Notes: generated from the letters alone by a model not told the origin. Shown: positions 29,336-40,878, numbered from the stretch's first letter. The stretch: 64,000 nucleotides of DNA from an uncultured Desulfatitalea sp. (GCA_963668675.2 CAXXMB010000002.1:1504001-1568000); one strand, 5' to 3'. Made by a program: numbers and translations.

Positions 29336-29611
29336 ATGAACAAACTCGACCTCATCAAAGCCTTGAAAGAATCTCAAAACCTGACCGGATCCGAAGCCAC
29401 CAAATGTTTCAACATCTTTTTCGATTCTATGACTGAAGCGCTTGCAAATGGTGATCGCGTTGAAATCCGTGGACTCTGCAGCATTCACGTCAAGGAATAT
29501 GAACCGTATGTGGGGCGCAATCCAAAGAGTGGCGAACCTGTTAAGGTGAAACCGAAAAAACTGCCTTTCTTTAAGGCTGGCACAGAGTTGAAGAAACGGG
29601 TGGATCGATAA
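29336..29611 (+). CDS. HU/IHF-family DNA-bending protein (IHF beta-like)
   Basis: GDRVEIRG..GRNPKSGE..V..KKLPFFKAG. Confidence 0.9.
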   Translation: MNKLDLIKALKESQNLTGSEATKCFNIFFDSMTEALANGDRVEIRGLCSIHVKEYEPYVGRNPKSGEPVKVKPKKLPFFKAGTELKKRVDR

Positions 29612-29731
29612 TGGAGGTGGGAAAGAGCCTCGCTTGCTCGAAATGTGCTTGAAGGTGCTTATTTTTAAAGAATTATCCTCTACACATCAAGACCCTGAAG
29701 TGAACCGTTGTTGATTCTGGAGGATAGGCAT

Positions 29732-30829
29732 ATGACAGTAAAACCATCCTATGCAGAATTAGAAAAGAGGGTCAAAGAGCTTGAAAAGGAAGTCGAAACC
29801 AAAGAACGTTTCTACAACAACATCCTGAACAGCATTCCGGACATCATATTCGTTAAAGACGACAGTCACCGTTGGATTCTCTTAAACGATGCCTCCTGCG
29901 AAGTTCTTGGTCACGTGAGAGACGAACTGATCGGCAAAACCGATTATGATTTTCATTCGAAAGAGCTGGCCGATGAGTATTGGGAGAAGGATAACGAAGT
30001 TCTCTATTCGGAGAGCATCAACGTAAACGAGGAACTTATTACGGATGCCCGAGGAAACGTCAGAACGATTTTAACCAAAAAGTCGGTGTTCAAAGATAGT
30101 ATCAGCAATAGATTCATCGTCGGCATTGCTCATGACATCACTGAACGAAAACTTGCCGAGCACGCCCTGGCAGATTCCCAGCGCCGTCTGGCCGACATTA
30201 TCGAATTTTTGCCTGATTCAACATGGGTCATCGATACCAAAGGGCGCGTGGTGGCTTGGAACCAGGCCATTGAGAAGGCCACCGGCATCAAAAAGAAAGA
30301 TATCCTCTGAAAGGGCAATTATGCCTATTCAGTCCCATTTTACGGCGAAAGGCGCCCTACCCTCATCGATTTGGCGTTAAAACGAGATGAGAAATATGAG
30401 GAACAGTACATCTCCATCACGGAGATTAACGGGGAGCTGGTGGCCAGCGTTTCTTTCAATCCGTCGTTTGGAAGAAAAGGGACCTACCTTGAAGGCAAAG
30501 CCGCCAAACTATACGATTCAGAGGGAAATGTGGTGGGTGCCATAGAATCGATACGAGATATTACAGCAGTCAAACGAGCTGAAATAGAACGGGAGAGTTT
30601 GATTTCAGAATTGCAGGAAGCCCTTACCAATGTCCAGACGTTGAGTGGCTTGCTGCCAGTCTGTGCCTCTTGCAAAAGAATCCGAGATGACAAGGGATAT
30701 TGGGATCAAATTGAATCCTACATAAAGCGGCATACAGAAGTTCAATTCAGCCATGGAATCTGCCCTGAGTGCGCAGAAAAATTATACGGCGATCAGGAGT
30801 GGTTTAAAAATCGAAAGACACCAGAATAG
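29732..30829 (+). pseudogene. Multi-PAS protein with a C-terminal CxxC/SHGICxxC domain, split by an in-frame TGA at 30308
   Basis: The two ORFs are in the same frame. Reading through gives KDIL*KGNYAYSVPFYGERRP, where PAS proteins typically read LGK. Confidence 0.75.
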
Positions 30830-30922
30830 ATCTGGAATATGAATTCTGCTAATCAATTTAAATTAAACTTTTTCTTGATTTCTCGACACTCTCTGTAACC
30901 GCAATGAAATGAAAAAGGACGA

Positions 30923-31357
30923 GTGAATAAATCCGAACGGTATGATCTTACGATTCGTAAACTCATCGATTTGATTTTGCATATGACCCCGGATGAGCGT
31001 GGTTTGCTGCTTAATGAGGCTGAACGCATCAAAACCAAGGTCCGTGCTACGCGCAGGAACTGCTGTATGCCGGTAGACCTACACTATGGTGAAGAGGTTC
31101 ATGCCGCTACTGTCACTAACCTGAGCTTCACAGGTGCATTTGTGGAATGCTACATTCCAGTAAAAATCGAAGATCCGGTCAAAATCGAATTTAAAAACGT
31201 CAATGGCTCACAGCACCTGATGTTAGGTGCCCGTATTATTCACGCCAACAAATGGGGAATCGGTACTCGATTTAGCACAATACGTTCTTTGCAAGCCCGT
31301 TTTTTGCAAAAATGTCTGGATCAATTCCGGCAATACGATTTTTATACTGCCTCATAA
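30923..31357 (+). CDS. PilZ-domain protein
   Basis: RATRR (RxxxR) and NLSFTG (D/NxSxxG). Confidence 0.8.
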   Translation: MNKSERYDLTIRKLIDLILHMTPDERGLLLNEAERIKTKVRATRRNCCMPVDLHYGEEVHAATVTNLSFTGAFVECYIPVKIEDPVKIEFKNVNGSQHLMLGARIIHANKWGIGTRFSTIRSLQARFLQKCLDQFRQYDFYTAS

Positions 31358-31410
31358 AAATAATTGAGCAGATCAGCCGCAAAAGAGAAACAAGACAGCG
31401 ATTGACCATT

Positions 31411-32349
31411 TTAAAGATCCGTATATTTTCTTTTTCCAATCAGGCTCAAACATAAATCACGATATATACCTTTATCGAATTTTCCCTCTTTTAGAGTTTC
31501 ATCCTGGATTATTTTCAGCGCACCAAAAGGGTTTTCTTTTTTTCTATGTCGCTTTTCAGTATTGGTTAAACTATCAAAGCAGTCCAGCATACCGATCAAA
31601 CGCGCCTCGAATGTTATATTGGATATTCCTCTCGGGTATCCCTGACCGTCCAATCGCTCATGGTGTTCAAGAACCCCTAATGCAATTGACGGGTCTATGT
31701 TATCATTTACTCTAATTAAATCATGCCCCAATGACGGATGTGAACGAAATTTTACAAATTCAACGTTCGACAGTTTTCTACTTGAACCCGTAATCGCTTT
31801 TGGAATTCTTGTTAATCCTATATCATGAAGCAGCGCGCACAAACTCAGGTTCTTTGTCTCTTTATCGTCAAATCTATTGAAAATACAGTAGTTAAATACA
31901 AGTACCATCACATTTACAGAATGCTCAGCCAGAGTCGTTCCACCGAATTGCAATCCATCGATATCTCGCAATACTTTGGTGGCACCTGAAAATCCATCGT
32001 AGATGATTTCGATGGTTTGAGGAAGTGCTCTTAGATTTTCGTCAAGCGGCTCTTTGAATGATTCCTCTACGATTTCACACAGAGCTGTTTTTATGCTCTT
32101 TAAATCTCCGGATTTCACTCTATCAATCAGCTTTTTTCTGAGTTGGACTTGAAGCTCACTCAACGCATCCTCACTCATCTCTTCTGAAATGAAAAGCTGA
32201 GGGCACTTATCTTCATGAAACCGCTTGAAATCAATTTCAGTATTTTCCGCCTTGTATAAAACGAAATTGCCGGCCGTATTTGTAATGTACAAAGGTGTTT
32301 TTAAGTAATGATAAATTTGAGACCTTCTAATTGGTACAAAGCCGCTCAT
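31411..32349 (-). CDS. HD-GYP-family phosphodiesterase
   Basis: EHSVNV, LLHDIG and HHERLDGQGYP motifs. Confidence 0.85.
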   Translation of the reverse strand: MSGFVPIRRSQIYHYLKTPLYITNTAGNFVLYKAENTEIDFKRFHEDKCPQLFISEEMSEDALSELQVQLRKKLIDRVKSGDLKSIKTALCEIVEESFKEPLDENLRALPQTIEIIYDGFSGATKVLRDIDGLQFGGTTLAEHSVNVMVLVFNYCIFNRFDDKETKNLSLCALLHDIGLTRIPKAITGSSRKLSNVEFVKFRSHPSLGHDLIRVNDNIDPSIALGVLEHHERLDGQGYPRGISNITFEARLIGMLDCFDSLTNTEKRHRKKENPFGALKIIQDETLKEGKFDKGIYRDLCLSLIGKRKYTDL

Positions 32350-32399
32350 TTTTCACCTCTGGATAGAATAGCATAAGATCACGAAAAGAAAATGATGGT

Positions 32400-33743
32400 C
32401 TATTGTGTGTCGCAGTTATCAGGGGCCTGGGGGAGGTATATATCCACCCGGGTTCCCTGATCGATTTTTGATTGTACTTTTATCCATCCGCCATGGTTAT
32501 TGATAATACCGAACACCGCTGCCATGCTGAGCCCTCGCCCCTCGAATTTAGTGGAAAAAAATGGTTCAAAAATGCGACGTGCGGTTTCTGGGTCCATGCC
32601 CCGACCATTATCCCGAACACTCAGACAAAGATATTTGCCGTCACGGGATTCTGAGTCATCATTCAACTGACTGCCTTCAACAGCCTTGGCGCTGATTGTG
32701 ATTTTCCCGTCGTCTGCGGTGGCTTCGTTGGCATTTTCTACCACGGCCAGGATAACCATGCGAAGTTGAATGATGTCCACCTCGACTGAGATAGTTTCGT
32801 CAGCCTCTTCGATTGAAATCGTCACCGAATTTTTTATCATTCTCTGAATAGCTGGACGGACGTCCTGTAAGATTTCTTTCAGGGATACCGTGCGCAATAT
32901 GAATTGCCCTCCTTGCGCATATGCCAAAAGATTGTTGGTCAAATAACACAATCGCTCGGTAACCGGACGAATGTTTTCAATATAGCCTGCCTCTTTTGAA
33001 TCCGGTATTAAACTCATGGTTGCCAAATCAAGATATCCGATCATTGATGTTAAAGCATTGTTGAACTGGTGAGCAATGCCGCCAGCCAGCTTGGCGATGG
33101 TCTCCATGTGCTGCGTCTGCATGAGCTGCTTTTCATATCTCAGCAGGCGTTGATTTTTATCTTCGACCGATAATTCGAGCCCTCGAATTTCCTGTCTGAG
33201 CATGTTCGAGTAGTTCAAGCTTTCGATGCAATTGGATGCGTTGCGCAAAATGATCGATAGAATTTCCAGTGCGGCATCCGGCAGCCCACTTAACTGGGAA
33301 GGAAAGATCCCTATAAAAAGTCCCCTGATGCGAGAGCAGGTCGACAATACATGTAAAAAGACCTGTCTCCGGGCATTGTCGGAATATATTGATATGCCCC
33401 GTCTTTCACGAATCGCCCAGGCCACACTTCCATTTTCGATTAAATAACTGGACTCGTTTTCAATAATCGGCTCAACGTCGATTGGTGTGCAGGCAGCCAG
33501 TTTCAGGTCACCGGTTTCCTCTTCGACAAGGTAGATGCCACTGGCTTCGAATTCGATTAATTTTTCAATGCGCTCTGCTGCTTTCAGCACGACCATTTGG
33601 GTTGAACTTTGGCAACCAACTTCTTTCTGAAAATCTCCCAAAGAGAGGGCCAGTTCAATGGCATTGTGAATGAACAGCCGGCCCTTTTCATCTTCATTGG
33701 CGCGCTGTAACTGATTTTCATATTCTGTGATGGGCTCTGGCAT
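32400..33743 (-). CDS. GAF-like sensor histidine kinase
   Basis: AGGIAHQFNN H-box, DNGRGM and FEPFFSTK..GRGL. Confidence 0.88.
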   Translation of the reverse strand: MPEPITEYENQLQRANEDEKGRLFIHNAIELALSLGDFQKEVGCQSSTQMVVLKAAERIEKLIEFEASGIYLVEEETGDLKLAACTPIDVEPIIENESSYLIENGSVAWAIRERRGISIYSDNARRQVFLHVLSTCSRIRGLFIGIFPSQLSGLPDAALEILSIILRNASNCIESLNYSNMLRQEIRGLELSVEDKNQRLLRYEKQLMQTQHMETIAKLAGGIAHQFNNALTSMIGYLDLATMSLIPDSKEAGYIENIRPVTERLCYLTNNLLAYAQGGQFILRTVSLKEILQDVRPAIQRMIKNSVTISIEEADETISVEVDIIQLRMVILAVVENANEATADDGKITISAKAVEGSQLNDDSESRDGKYLCLSVRDNGRGMDPETARRIFEPFFSTKFEGRGLSMAAVFGIINNHGGWIKVQSKIDQGTRVDIYLPQAPDNCDTQ

Positions 33744-33748
33744 GTCGA

Positions 33749-34972
33749 TTAGCCTTCAAAAATGACTTCGAGAGGCATCAGCTGTTGGGTTACCTGGCGA
33801 ACCACCGAATGAATCGCACTGGCTGAGATGCCGATTTGATCCAACACCGTTGAATCAGCGTATGGAACGGATTGTTCCCCGCTGCCGCCGATCCCCAGAC
33901 CATGTGCAATGATATCGGCCAATTGAATGATGCCGGACTTGATAGGGTCTGGTGACCTGGAAGGGGTGTGATGAAAGACGATGTTCGCCTCCAGCTCTGC
34001 CGGCAAGCGCCATTTCCTGATGAGGTGACGCCCGATTTGAGTGTGGTTGAGACCAATCACTTTTTTTTCAGTCTCATAAACGGTTTTGTCGGATGAGATG
34101 GCCAGATTGATCGCTTCCCGGGCATGCTCAGGATAATACTTGAATGTGATCAGCTTTCCGATGTCATGCAGCAACCCGGAAACAAACAGTTGTTCGGTGT
34201 CGGCCATGTTCTTTAATGCACCTAAAATACGTGCCACAAGTCCACATGCCAGACTATGGCGTAAAAAAGCCCTGGTATCCAAAAAATCCTTCGGAATGTC
34301 TTTGAATGCCTGCATGACGCAGATACCCAAGGCGACACTGGAAATCTGTTTCGTTCCAATTATGGTGACAGCTCTTGAGATGCGATCGATTTTCGTTGGA
34401 ATACCGTAAAAGGCAGAATTAACAATTTTTAGAATAACTGCAGATAAGCTGGGACTTTTGTTCACAACATTGGCGACATCATTCGATGTGGAATGATCAT
34501 CTGCGATGACCGTGTTTAGTTCTGAAATGATAAAGGGGGCTTCTGGCAACTTGGCATCTATCTTTTGAATTTGCTGGCCGATCTTTTTCTGTCGATCTAT
34601 CGATCCGTTGGCCTCAAGGGGAAGATGTTTTGGTGACGGGCAAAGTGACACATCCTGCTGGAGCCGATAGGTCAACGAAACACGATGTATTTCATTTAAA
34701 ATCGGATGATCACAGTCGAGATATTTGAATACGATATCGACAGCTTTTTCGACGCGGCTTTCTTTTTCCGGATCGCTTGGAGGGGTGCTTTTTATGGTGT
34801 CTTTTGCATCGCCTACAATATTGACTTCATTTATGCCCCAGATTTTTAATACACGAATATGCTTTGGTATGATTTTCTGGCCTTTGGATAGGAGCAAACG
34901 AGTATTGACATCAAGGACGTCCTCGCTCAACACCATGCCGGGTTCTAACTGATCGACTGCAATACAGGCCAT
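33749..34972 (-). CDS. HDOD-domain signalling protein
   Basis: LKIVNSAFY, ISRAVTIIG, HSLACG, GLLHDIGK and KWRLP motifs. Confidence 0.88.
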   Translation of the reverse strand: MACIAVDQLEPGMVLSEDVLDVNTRLLLSKGQKIIPKHIRVLKIWGINEVNIVGDAKDTIKSTPPSDPEKESRVEKAVDIVFKYLDCDHPILNEIHRVSLTYRLQQDVSLCPSPKHLPLEANGSIDRQKKIGQQIQKIDAKLPEAPFIISELNTVIADDHSTSNDVANVVNKSPSLSAVILKIVNSAFYGIPTKIDRISRAVTIIGTKQISSVALGICVMQAFKDIPKDFLDTRAFLRHSLACGLVARILGALKNMADTEQLFVSGLLHDIGKLITFKYYPEHAREAINLAISSDKTVYETEKKVIGLNHTQIGRHLIRKWRLPAELEANIVFHHTPSRSPDPIKSGIIQLADIIAHGLGIGGSGEQSVPYADSTVLDQIGISASAIHSVVRQVTQQLMPLEVIFEG

Positions 34973-35050
34973 CCAACCGCCCCTGACGAATCATTGTTTT
35001 ATCGTGCATTTAACTAAACGTGCTGAAGCACCCACTATGTTATATCTATC

Positions 35051-35078
35051 TTATCGGCTGTGTTTTACGATTACTTGA
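35051..35078 (-). promoter_or_regulatory. Putative sigma28 (FliA) promoter for the HDOD operon
   Basis: Minus strand TCAAG-N15-GCCGATAA, ~80 bp upstream of the start. Confidence 0.6.
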
Positions 35079-35191
35079 GATTAGAGACTAAAATTATTCT
35101 AAAAACAGATCATCAGGAATGCTCATAATTGGTAGTTTTGCAGTTTCGAAATCTGACGAAACGAAAATAAGGAGGGCAACTGAAAAGATAT

Positions 35192-35908
35192 CTATTTGGA
35201 AGGGCGCCTAAAGCTGCGATATTGCATTTCGAGATTGCCGATTTTAACTGTGTCTTGATGTTTAAGCCTGGTTGGCTTGTTTATCGTTATGCCGTTGACC
35301 TTGGTTTTCAGCTTCCCACCGATGTGTTCGATATCATAACCGTGCTGATTCTTTCTGATCCTCGCACTCGGCTTGCCCGCAAAAAACGCCAAAAAGCCGC
35401 CGATTTTTATTTTGTCGCTCTTGCCTTTCCCGATCGTTATTACATTTTCGATCAGATCATAATCTTCGCGCGCACCATTCAAGAAGAACAGGTAATTATA
35501 ATCGATCCAACCTGATTGGAATTCGTCTTTTTCCAACACCATGGTCTGATCGGATTCTCCTCGGGACATAGAGTTTGCGTTCAGCTCATTTTCCGTAGCT
35601 TCCATAGACAAGGATTCATATAGGTCCACAATTAAAATGTATCTACCAACTGAGATCCAGTCCTGATGGGCCAGTGTGCTTTCTGTGACGCGCTCATCAT
35701 TGACGAATGTACCGTTTTGGCTGCCCAAATCAGTTAGAGTTAACTGCTCATTCACCAGCCTGACGGCGGCATGATGCCCGGAGATGGACATATGGTCTAT
35801 AAAAATGTCATTGTCGGGATGACGTCCAATGGTTACTTGCTGTCCTGGTGTAATCCGATGTTTGCTGATAATTCTGTTGTTCATCGTCAGATACAAGCGG
35901 GCCATCAT
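35192..35908 (-). CDS. Tandem FHA-domain protein
   Basis: IGR..D..IS..HA..DLGSQNGTFVN plus a second, degenerate FHA domain. Confidence 0.85.
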   Translation of the reverse strand: MMARLYLTMNNRIISKHRITPGQQVTIGRHPDNDIFIDHMSISGHHAAVRLVNEQLTLTDLGSQNGTFVNDERVTESTLAHQDWISVGRYILIVDLYESLSMEATENELNANSMSRGESDQTMVLEKDEFQSGWIDYNYLFFLNGAREDYDLIENVITIGKGKSDKIKIGGFLAFFAGKPSARIRKNQHGYDIEHIGGKLKTKVNGITINKPTRLKHQDTVKIGNLEMQYRSFRRPSK

Positions 35909-35963
35909 GCCTCCAATGTCAGATTATGGTTTCACGGAGGTGCTTAAAAAGCTTCCTGTCTAT

Positions 35964-37709
35964 TCATTCGGCTAAATTTGTCTGACCTTTAAGAAAAATC
36001 ATTTGAAATTTCGAACCGATGCCTTCTTTGGATTTGAATGTCAATTTGCCACCTGCTTTTTCAACGAACTTTTGTACCATTGCCAGACCCAGACCAGTTC
36101 CTTTTGTTCCTTTGGTCGTAAAAAACAGATCGAGCACTTTATCCATTTTCGAGGAGGGGATGCCACATCCATTGTCAATGACACTTACCGTCAAACACCG
36201 ATTCGCTGTAACTTCGGTGCTGATTCGAATCTTGCCCCGTATTTTGTCGCTTACTGCATCGGCTGCATTGATGACAAGGTTCAATAAGGCTCGTTGAAAT
36301 TGGATCTCATCTATTACCCATACTGGGTTATCGGCTGACAGGACAAATTCAAAAGAGATTCTTTCGTGAGAAAACCGTCTCTCTAATGAATGACGATATT
36401 TTATAATCGCCTTGTTAATATCGGTTGGTGTATTTAGAAACTGCTCTTCTTTCACATAATCCAATATGTCGGCGGACAGTTGATTGATGCCTGAAAGGCC
36501 TTGCTGCATCCATTGCCAGTACTTTTCAATTTGGTCATCCCCAGTCTTGGCAATATGATTCTCCATTAGCTGGGAGGCGCTCTGGTTAAGGGCTATCAGG
36601 TTTTTGATATTGTGAGCCAAGTTGCCTATGGTTAGGCCGATTCCGGCCATGCGTTCGTTTTTCAGCGCTTTAGCCTGGAAGTGTATATTGTCTATATTCA
36701 GTGCTAATTCATTCGCCACAGCAGACGCAAAGGTCGCATCGTCAGTGGTCAGTGGTGCAATCAAATTGTCAGACTGGGCATAGAGCAGTCCAAGGACATC
36801 GTTCTTTCCAGTTAAAGGCACACAGATGATAGATCGCAGATTTTGAATTCTTATTGAATCTGAATCCTTGAATCTCAGATCCTTGCTTACATCTTGACTC
36901 ACCAAGGTTATTTTCTCTGAAAGCACCCAGTCGAATAGCGTTCGGCTTACGGGGACTTCATTCTTATTTGCGTTATGATCTCCATTCAATTTAGAAGCGA
37001 CGATTTTGTAGGATCCCTCAGAATTTGACTTTGCCACGATTAAAGTGCAATTGGCTGATGGGATGGCTTCGATTATGAGGTCAAGCCCTTTTTTATAAAT
37101 CTTGTCTGTCTCATTGATCGTGCGGAGATCATCACTAAGCTGATAGAGCATCGAAAGCCGTTTATAAGCTAACTTGTCGGGCTCAATGGATTGCGTAGGG
37201 ACTGATGGAGCTGATTTTTGCAAAAAAACCCGAGCGGCCTGTTCTGTGTTTTGAGCCCATAATTCATTGAGCTTTATCTCTCCTTTACTGATCACAATGG
37301 TATCCGTTGCCGAGACGGAAGGATCAATCAAAAGATCATCAGAGGTTTCCGGCTGCAACAAGAATAGAAACGTTCGAGTGCCGACTCGGATTTTGTCGTG
37401 GCTGTTGAGGGTCGCTTTTTGTATGGGTTTCCCATTGAGGTAGGTACCGTTTTGAGAATCCAAATCTTCGATTAAAAAACGTGCATTTTCGCAGGTGATG
37501 ACAGCATGCTGACGAGAAACCGTCTTGCCTGCAATTTTGATACTGCCGTTTGGATCCCTGCCGATAAACGTTTGTTGACCCTCAATTAATATTGGCCTGG
37601 AAAAAGACTCGATGGGATAGGGTATCAGATACGCTTCTAACTTGTTATGATTCCGTCCATTCACGTGCAACCCTTTGCAACTCGACTGGATATGGCGCTG
37701 CAAACACAA
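35964..37709 (-). CDS. FHA-GAF-histidine kinase (start uncertain)
   Basis: FHA IGR..VSRQHA..DLDSQNGT, GAF DSIRIQNLRSIICVPL, H-box LAHNIKN and GTGLGL. Confidence 0.88.
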   Translation of the reverse strand: MCLQRHIQSSCKGLHVNGRNHNKLEAYLIPYPIESFSRPILIEGQQTFIGRDPNGSIKIAGKTVSRQHAVITCENARFLIEDLDSQNGTYLNGKPIQKATLNSHDKIRVGTRTFLFLLQPETSDDLLIDPSVSATDTIVISKGEIKLNELWAQNTEQAARVFLQKSAPSVPTQSIEPDKLAYKRLSMLYQLSDDLRTINETDKIYKKGLDLIIEAIPSANCTLIVAKSNSEGSYKIVASKLNGDHNANKNEVPVSRTLFDWVLSEKITLVSQDVSKDLRFKDSDSIRIQNLRSIICVPLTGKNDVLGLLYAQSDNLIAPLTTDDATFASAVANELALNIDNIHFQAKALKNERMAGIGLTIGNLAHNIKNLIALNQSASQLMENHIAKTGDDQIEKYWQWMQQGLSGINQLSADILDYVKEEQFLNTPTDINKAIIKYRHSLERRFSHERISFEFVLSADNPVWVIDEIQFQRALLNLVINAADAVSDKIRGKIRISTEVTANRCLTVSVIDNGCGIPSSKMDKVLDLFFTTKGTKGTGLGLAMVQKFVEKAGGKLTFKSKEGIGSKFQMIFLKGQTNLAE

Positions 37710-37965
37710 ATAGATTAGATGTCTATTTTTAAATATTTTTAAATTTGCTCCTCAAATTGTCAAGTACCATAATTTTAAACAGCACCTATGAAACTTCGTA
37801 ATAAAAGTTGGACTATTTAAGCCTTGACAAGAAAAAGCTGAGAATCCAAAATATTAGTATAAGTTTCAAGATATTAATGGAAACCGTGAGCGGTGATTCG
37901 CTCCTCGATGAATAGCTTTCTTTCATAGTAAAATACTATGGATGCTGCATTTGACCGCATTCTGA

Positions 37966-40833
37966 ATGCAAAGGCACATGGATATTCCTAACCAAATCTA
38001 CAGCAGCCGCGTGTTTCAAACCTACCTGGACTATTTAGATCTGGCTCATCCGAATCTCAGATCTCAAGACATTCTTGAGTACGCCGGTATGACGCGTGAT
38101 GAGGTCGCCGATTCAGCGCACTGGTTTTCCCAGGTACAGGCTGATCGATTCTATCAGATTATTGTTGAAAAGACCGGAGATCCGGACATTGCGCGCAAAG
38201 CCGGCCGTTTCGGTGCGTCATCGAAAGGATTGGCGTTAACTCAGCAGTATGTAACCGGCCTGATGAACACCGAAACCGCTTTGCTCTCCATAGCAAAGAT
38301 AATCTCTTTGTTTACCAAGGGCGCCACCGTCGAGGCAAAGCGATTGGCCCCGGGCAAGGTTGAAATCATATCTACCCCCAATTCAGACGTCGAAGAAAAG
38401 CCCTACCAGTGCGAGAACCGTCTGGGGTCCTTCGAGGCCGTGCCGAAATTGTTTACGAATGTTTATGGTCATGTCGAGCACCCCCGTTGTTTTCACAGGG
38501 GCGAAGGCGCTTGCCACTACATTATCTCTTGGGATGATCCACAATCATTGAGACTGAAACTTTGGCGCAATTATGCATTGATTGGCGCCACCGTTTTGGC
38601 AGTGATCCTGTGTTGGTTTCTGCCGGCAGAGTCCCTGGAGTTTCTTCTGATCTCTTTATTCTGCCTTGTCGTAGGGATATCACTTGCATATGCCCACATA
38701 AAAATAAAAGAGCTTGAAAAAATTATCGAGCACAGTCACTCAACGGCTGAAGAGCGGATTGAAGTAGCGAACACCAACTACAACAATTCTTTGCTTGTCC
38801 AGGAGATTGGACAGGCTACCGCTGCTATTCTCAATGTGGAAGACTTGATGAGCAAGGTCGCCACTTTGATGTATCAGCGGTTGAGTTTTGATCGGGGCCT
38901 CATCATGCTGGCCGATCAAGCCAAGACCCGTCTTGTATATACCTCTGGATACGGATATTCTCCCCAGGAAGAAGAGTATTTACGCCAAACAAGCTTTCAT
39001 TTAGACAACCCCGATTCTAAAGGCTTTTTCGTCAGGTCATTTTGGGATAAAGGACACCTTATCATCACCAACGCAGATGAAATGGCCGATGTGCTGTCAG
39101 AAAAAAGCAGACACCTATTAGAGTCTTTCGGCGTGCGCTCGCTGATGTGCATCCCCATCATATATAAAGATGAGCCGCTTGGTATTTTGGCGGTGGATAA
39201 CATAAACTCGATAAGACCCCTTAAAAAGAGCGATATCAATCTGCTTGAAGGGATTGCATCGCATATCGCCATTGGCATCAACAATGCCCGGTCCTTTCAG
39301 AAGCTCGAGGAGAGCGAAAACAGATATCGCCAAACGCTCGAAAGCATTGAAGAGGGGTACTTTGAGATCGATTTGAAACAGCGGCTTTTATTCGCTAACA
39401 AGGCGTTTAGCGAGATTGTCTGCCAGCCACTGGATCATCTTCCGTCGTCCGCATTCGCGAGTTTTTTCAGCCCGGATTCGATCAGACAATTACATCATCT
39501 ATTCGAACAAGTTATTGATACCAGAAGTCCGGTACGGTTTGCCCAGCTGGAATTATCGACAAGCAAAGGGGAAAAGCGCCCCGTGGACCTGTCGGTTTCT
39601 TTGATCGAGGGGAAAGATGGACTCTCTTCGGGGTTTAGGGGCTTCTTGCGTGATGCAAGAGACAGAATACGGTTGGAAATGGATCGAAAGGAGTTGGAAA
39701 AAAAGTTAAAGCATGCTCAGAAAATGGAATCCATCGGGACCTTGGCAGGCGGCATTGCCCACAATTTCAACAATTGGCTGGCGGGCATAATGGGCAACGC
39801 AAGCCTGATCAAAATGGACGTCAAAGAACATGCTAAGGTGTTGGAGCGGGTGAATCGGATAGAGCACATTATTGAAAATGCAGCCAAGATGAACAGACAG
39901 CTGCTGAGTTATGCTCGAGGTGGAAATTATGAGGTTAAACCGACCGATTTAAATGAAGTGATCAGTGAGGTTTCTTACACGTTCTCGGAGGCTAAAAAAG
40001 ATGTCGTCGTAACGTTGCAACTTGATCCGGATTTGTTTACCGTCAATGCAGACAGAGGTCAGGTCGAGCAGGTGTTGTGGAACCTTTATGCCAATGCAAT
40101 TGACGCGATGCCGGCTGGTGGGAACTTCACGATTTGTACGGCCAATGTCACGTCTGAAAAGATCGATGATCGATATCAAGGCGTCCCATTGGGGAATTAT
40201 GTTGAACTTAGTTGTTCAGATACCGGTACCGGAATTTCGATGGAACACATCGAAAGCATTTTCGAACCTTTTTTTACAACCAAAAATGGAAAGGGCACTG
40301 GTCTTGGATTGGCTTCGTGCTATGGCATCGTAAAGGCTCACAAAGGCTATATCGATGTCGCGTCGAAAGAGGGGAAAGGCAGTACCTTTTACATCTATTT
40401 GCCTGCAGTCATGGATCCTGACGGGGTGAAACACGAAGCCACCGCTACAGTCCAAAAAGGATCTGGGACTGTGTTGATTGTAGATGACGATATAATGGTG
40501 CTCGAGTCGAGTGAGGCAATTCTAACCAGACTGGGGTATGATGCTTTCGGTGCAATCAGCGGTGAAGAGGCCTTGGATAAGTATGCCAAGAGTCTCGATA
40601 AGATAGATGTGGTTATCATCGATATGATTATGCCTGGTATGAGTGGTGGTGAACTCTATACCCGGTTAAAAGAGCTTAAACCGGATATTAAGGTTCTGTT
40701 GTGTAGCGGATATAGTCTGAATCAGAATATACAGGCCTTTTTGGATCAGGGTTGCCAAGGATTTTTGCAAAAGCCTTTCAGTGTAGGGAAACTTTCGGAA
40801 GCCATAAAGAATGTTTTGATTGGTGCTCATTGA
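37966..40833 (+). CDS. Membrane hybrid histidine kinase (V4R-like, TM, GAF, PAS, HK, REC)
   Basis: N-terminal QC..HPRC..G..C motif, two TM helices, GGIAHNFNN, GTGLGL and a C-terminal receiver domain. Confidence 0.88.
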   Translation: MQRHMDIPNQIYSSRVFQTYLDYLDLAHPNLRSQDILEYAGMTRDEVADSAHWFSQVQADRFYQIIVEKTGDPDIARKAGRFGASSKGLALTQQYVTGLMNTETALLSIAKIISLFTKGATVEAKRLAPGKVEIISTPNSDVEEKPYQCENRLGSFEAVPKLFTNVYGHVEHPRCFHRGEGACHYIISWDDPQSLRLKLWRNYALIGATVLAVILCWFLPAESLEFLLISLFCLVVGISLAYAHIKIKELEKIIEHSHSTAEERIEVANTNYNNSLLVQEIGQATAAILNVEDLMSKVATLMYQRLSFDRGLIMLADQAKTRLVYTSGYGYSPQEEEYLRQTSFHLDNPDSKGFFVRSFWDKGHLIITNADEMADVLSEKSRHLLESFGVRSLMCIPIIYKDEPLGILAVDNINSIRPLKKSDINLLEGIASHIAIGINNARSFQKLEESENRYRQTLESIEEGYFEIDLKQRLLFANKAFSEIVCQPLDHLPSSAFASFFSPDSIRQLHHLFEQVIDTRSPVRFAQLELSTSKGEKRPVDLSVSLIEGKDGLSSGFRGFLRDARDRIRLEMDRKELEKKLKHAQKMESIGTLAGGIAHNFNNWLAGIMGNASLIKMDVKEHAKVLERVNRIEHIIENAAKMNRQLLSYARGGNYEVKPTDLNEVISEVSYTFSEAKKDVVVTLQLDPDLFTVNADRGQVEQVLWNLYANAIDAMPAGGNFTICTANVTSEKIDDRYQGVPLGNYVELSCSDTGTGISMEHIESIFEPFFTTKNGKGTGLGLASCYGIVKAHKGYIDVASKEGKGSTFYIYLPAVMDPDGVKHEATATVQKGSGTVLIVDDDIMVLESSEAILTRLGYDAFGAISGEEALDKYAKSLDKIDVVIIDMIMPGMSGGELYTRLKELKPDIKVLLCSGYSLNQNIQAFLDQGCQGFLQKPFSVGKLSEAIKNVLIGAH

Positions 40834-40878
40834 CTTAAATACTCTTCTTTTAACAGATTGCTGAGGATTTCAATTTAA

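Noticed and set aside
30308..30310. Selenocysteine read-through of the in-frame TGA
   Set aside because: The position corresponds to Gly in the usual LGK PAS motif, not Cys, and no convincing SECIS hairpin follows.
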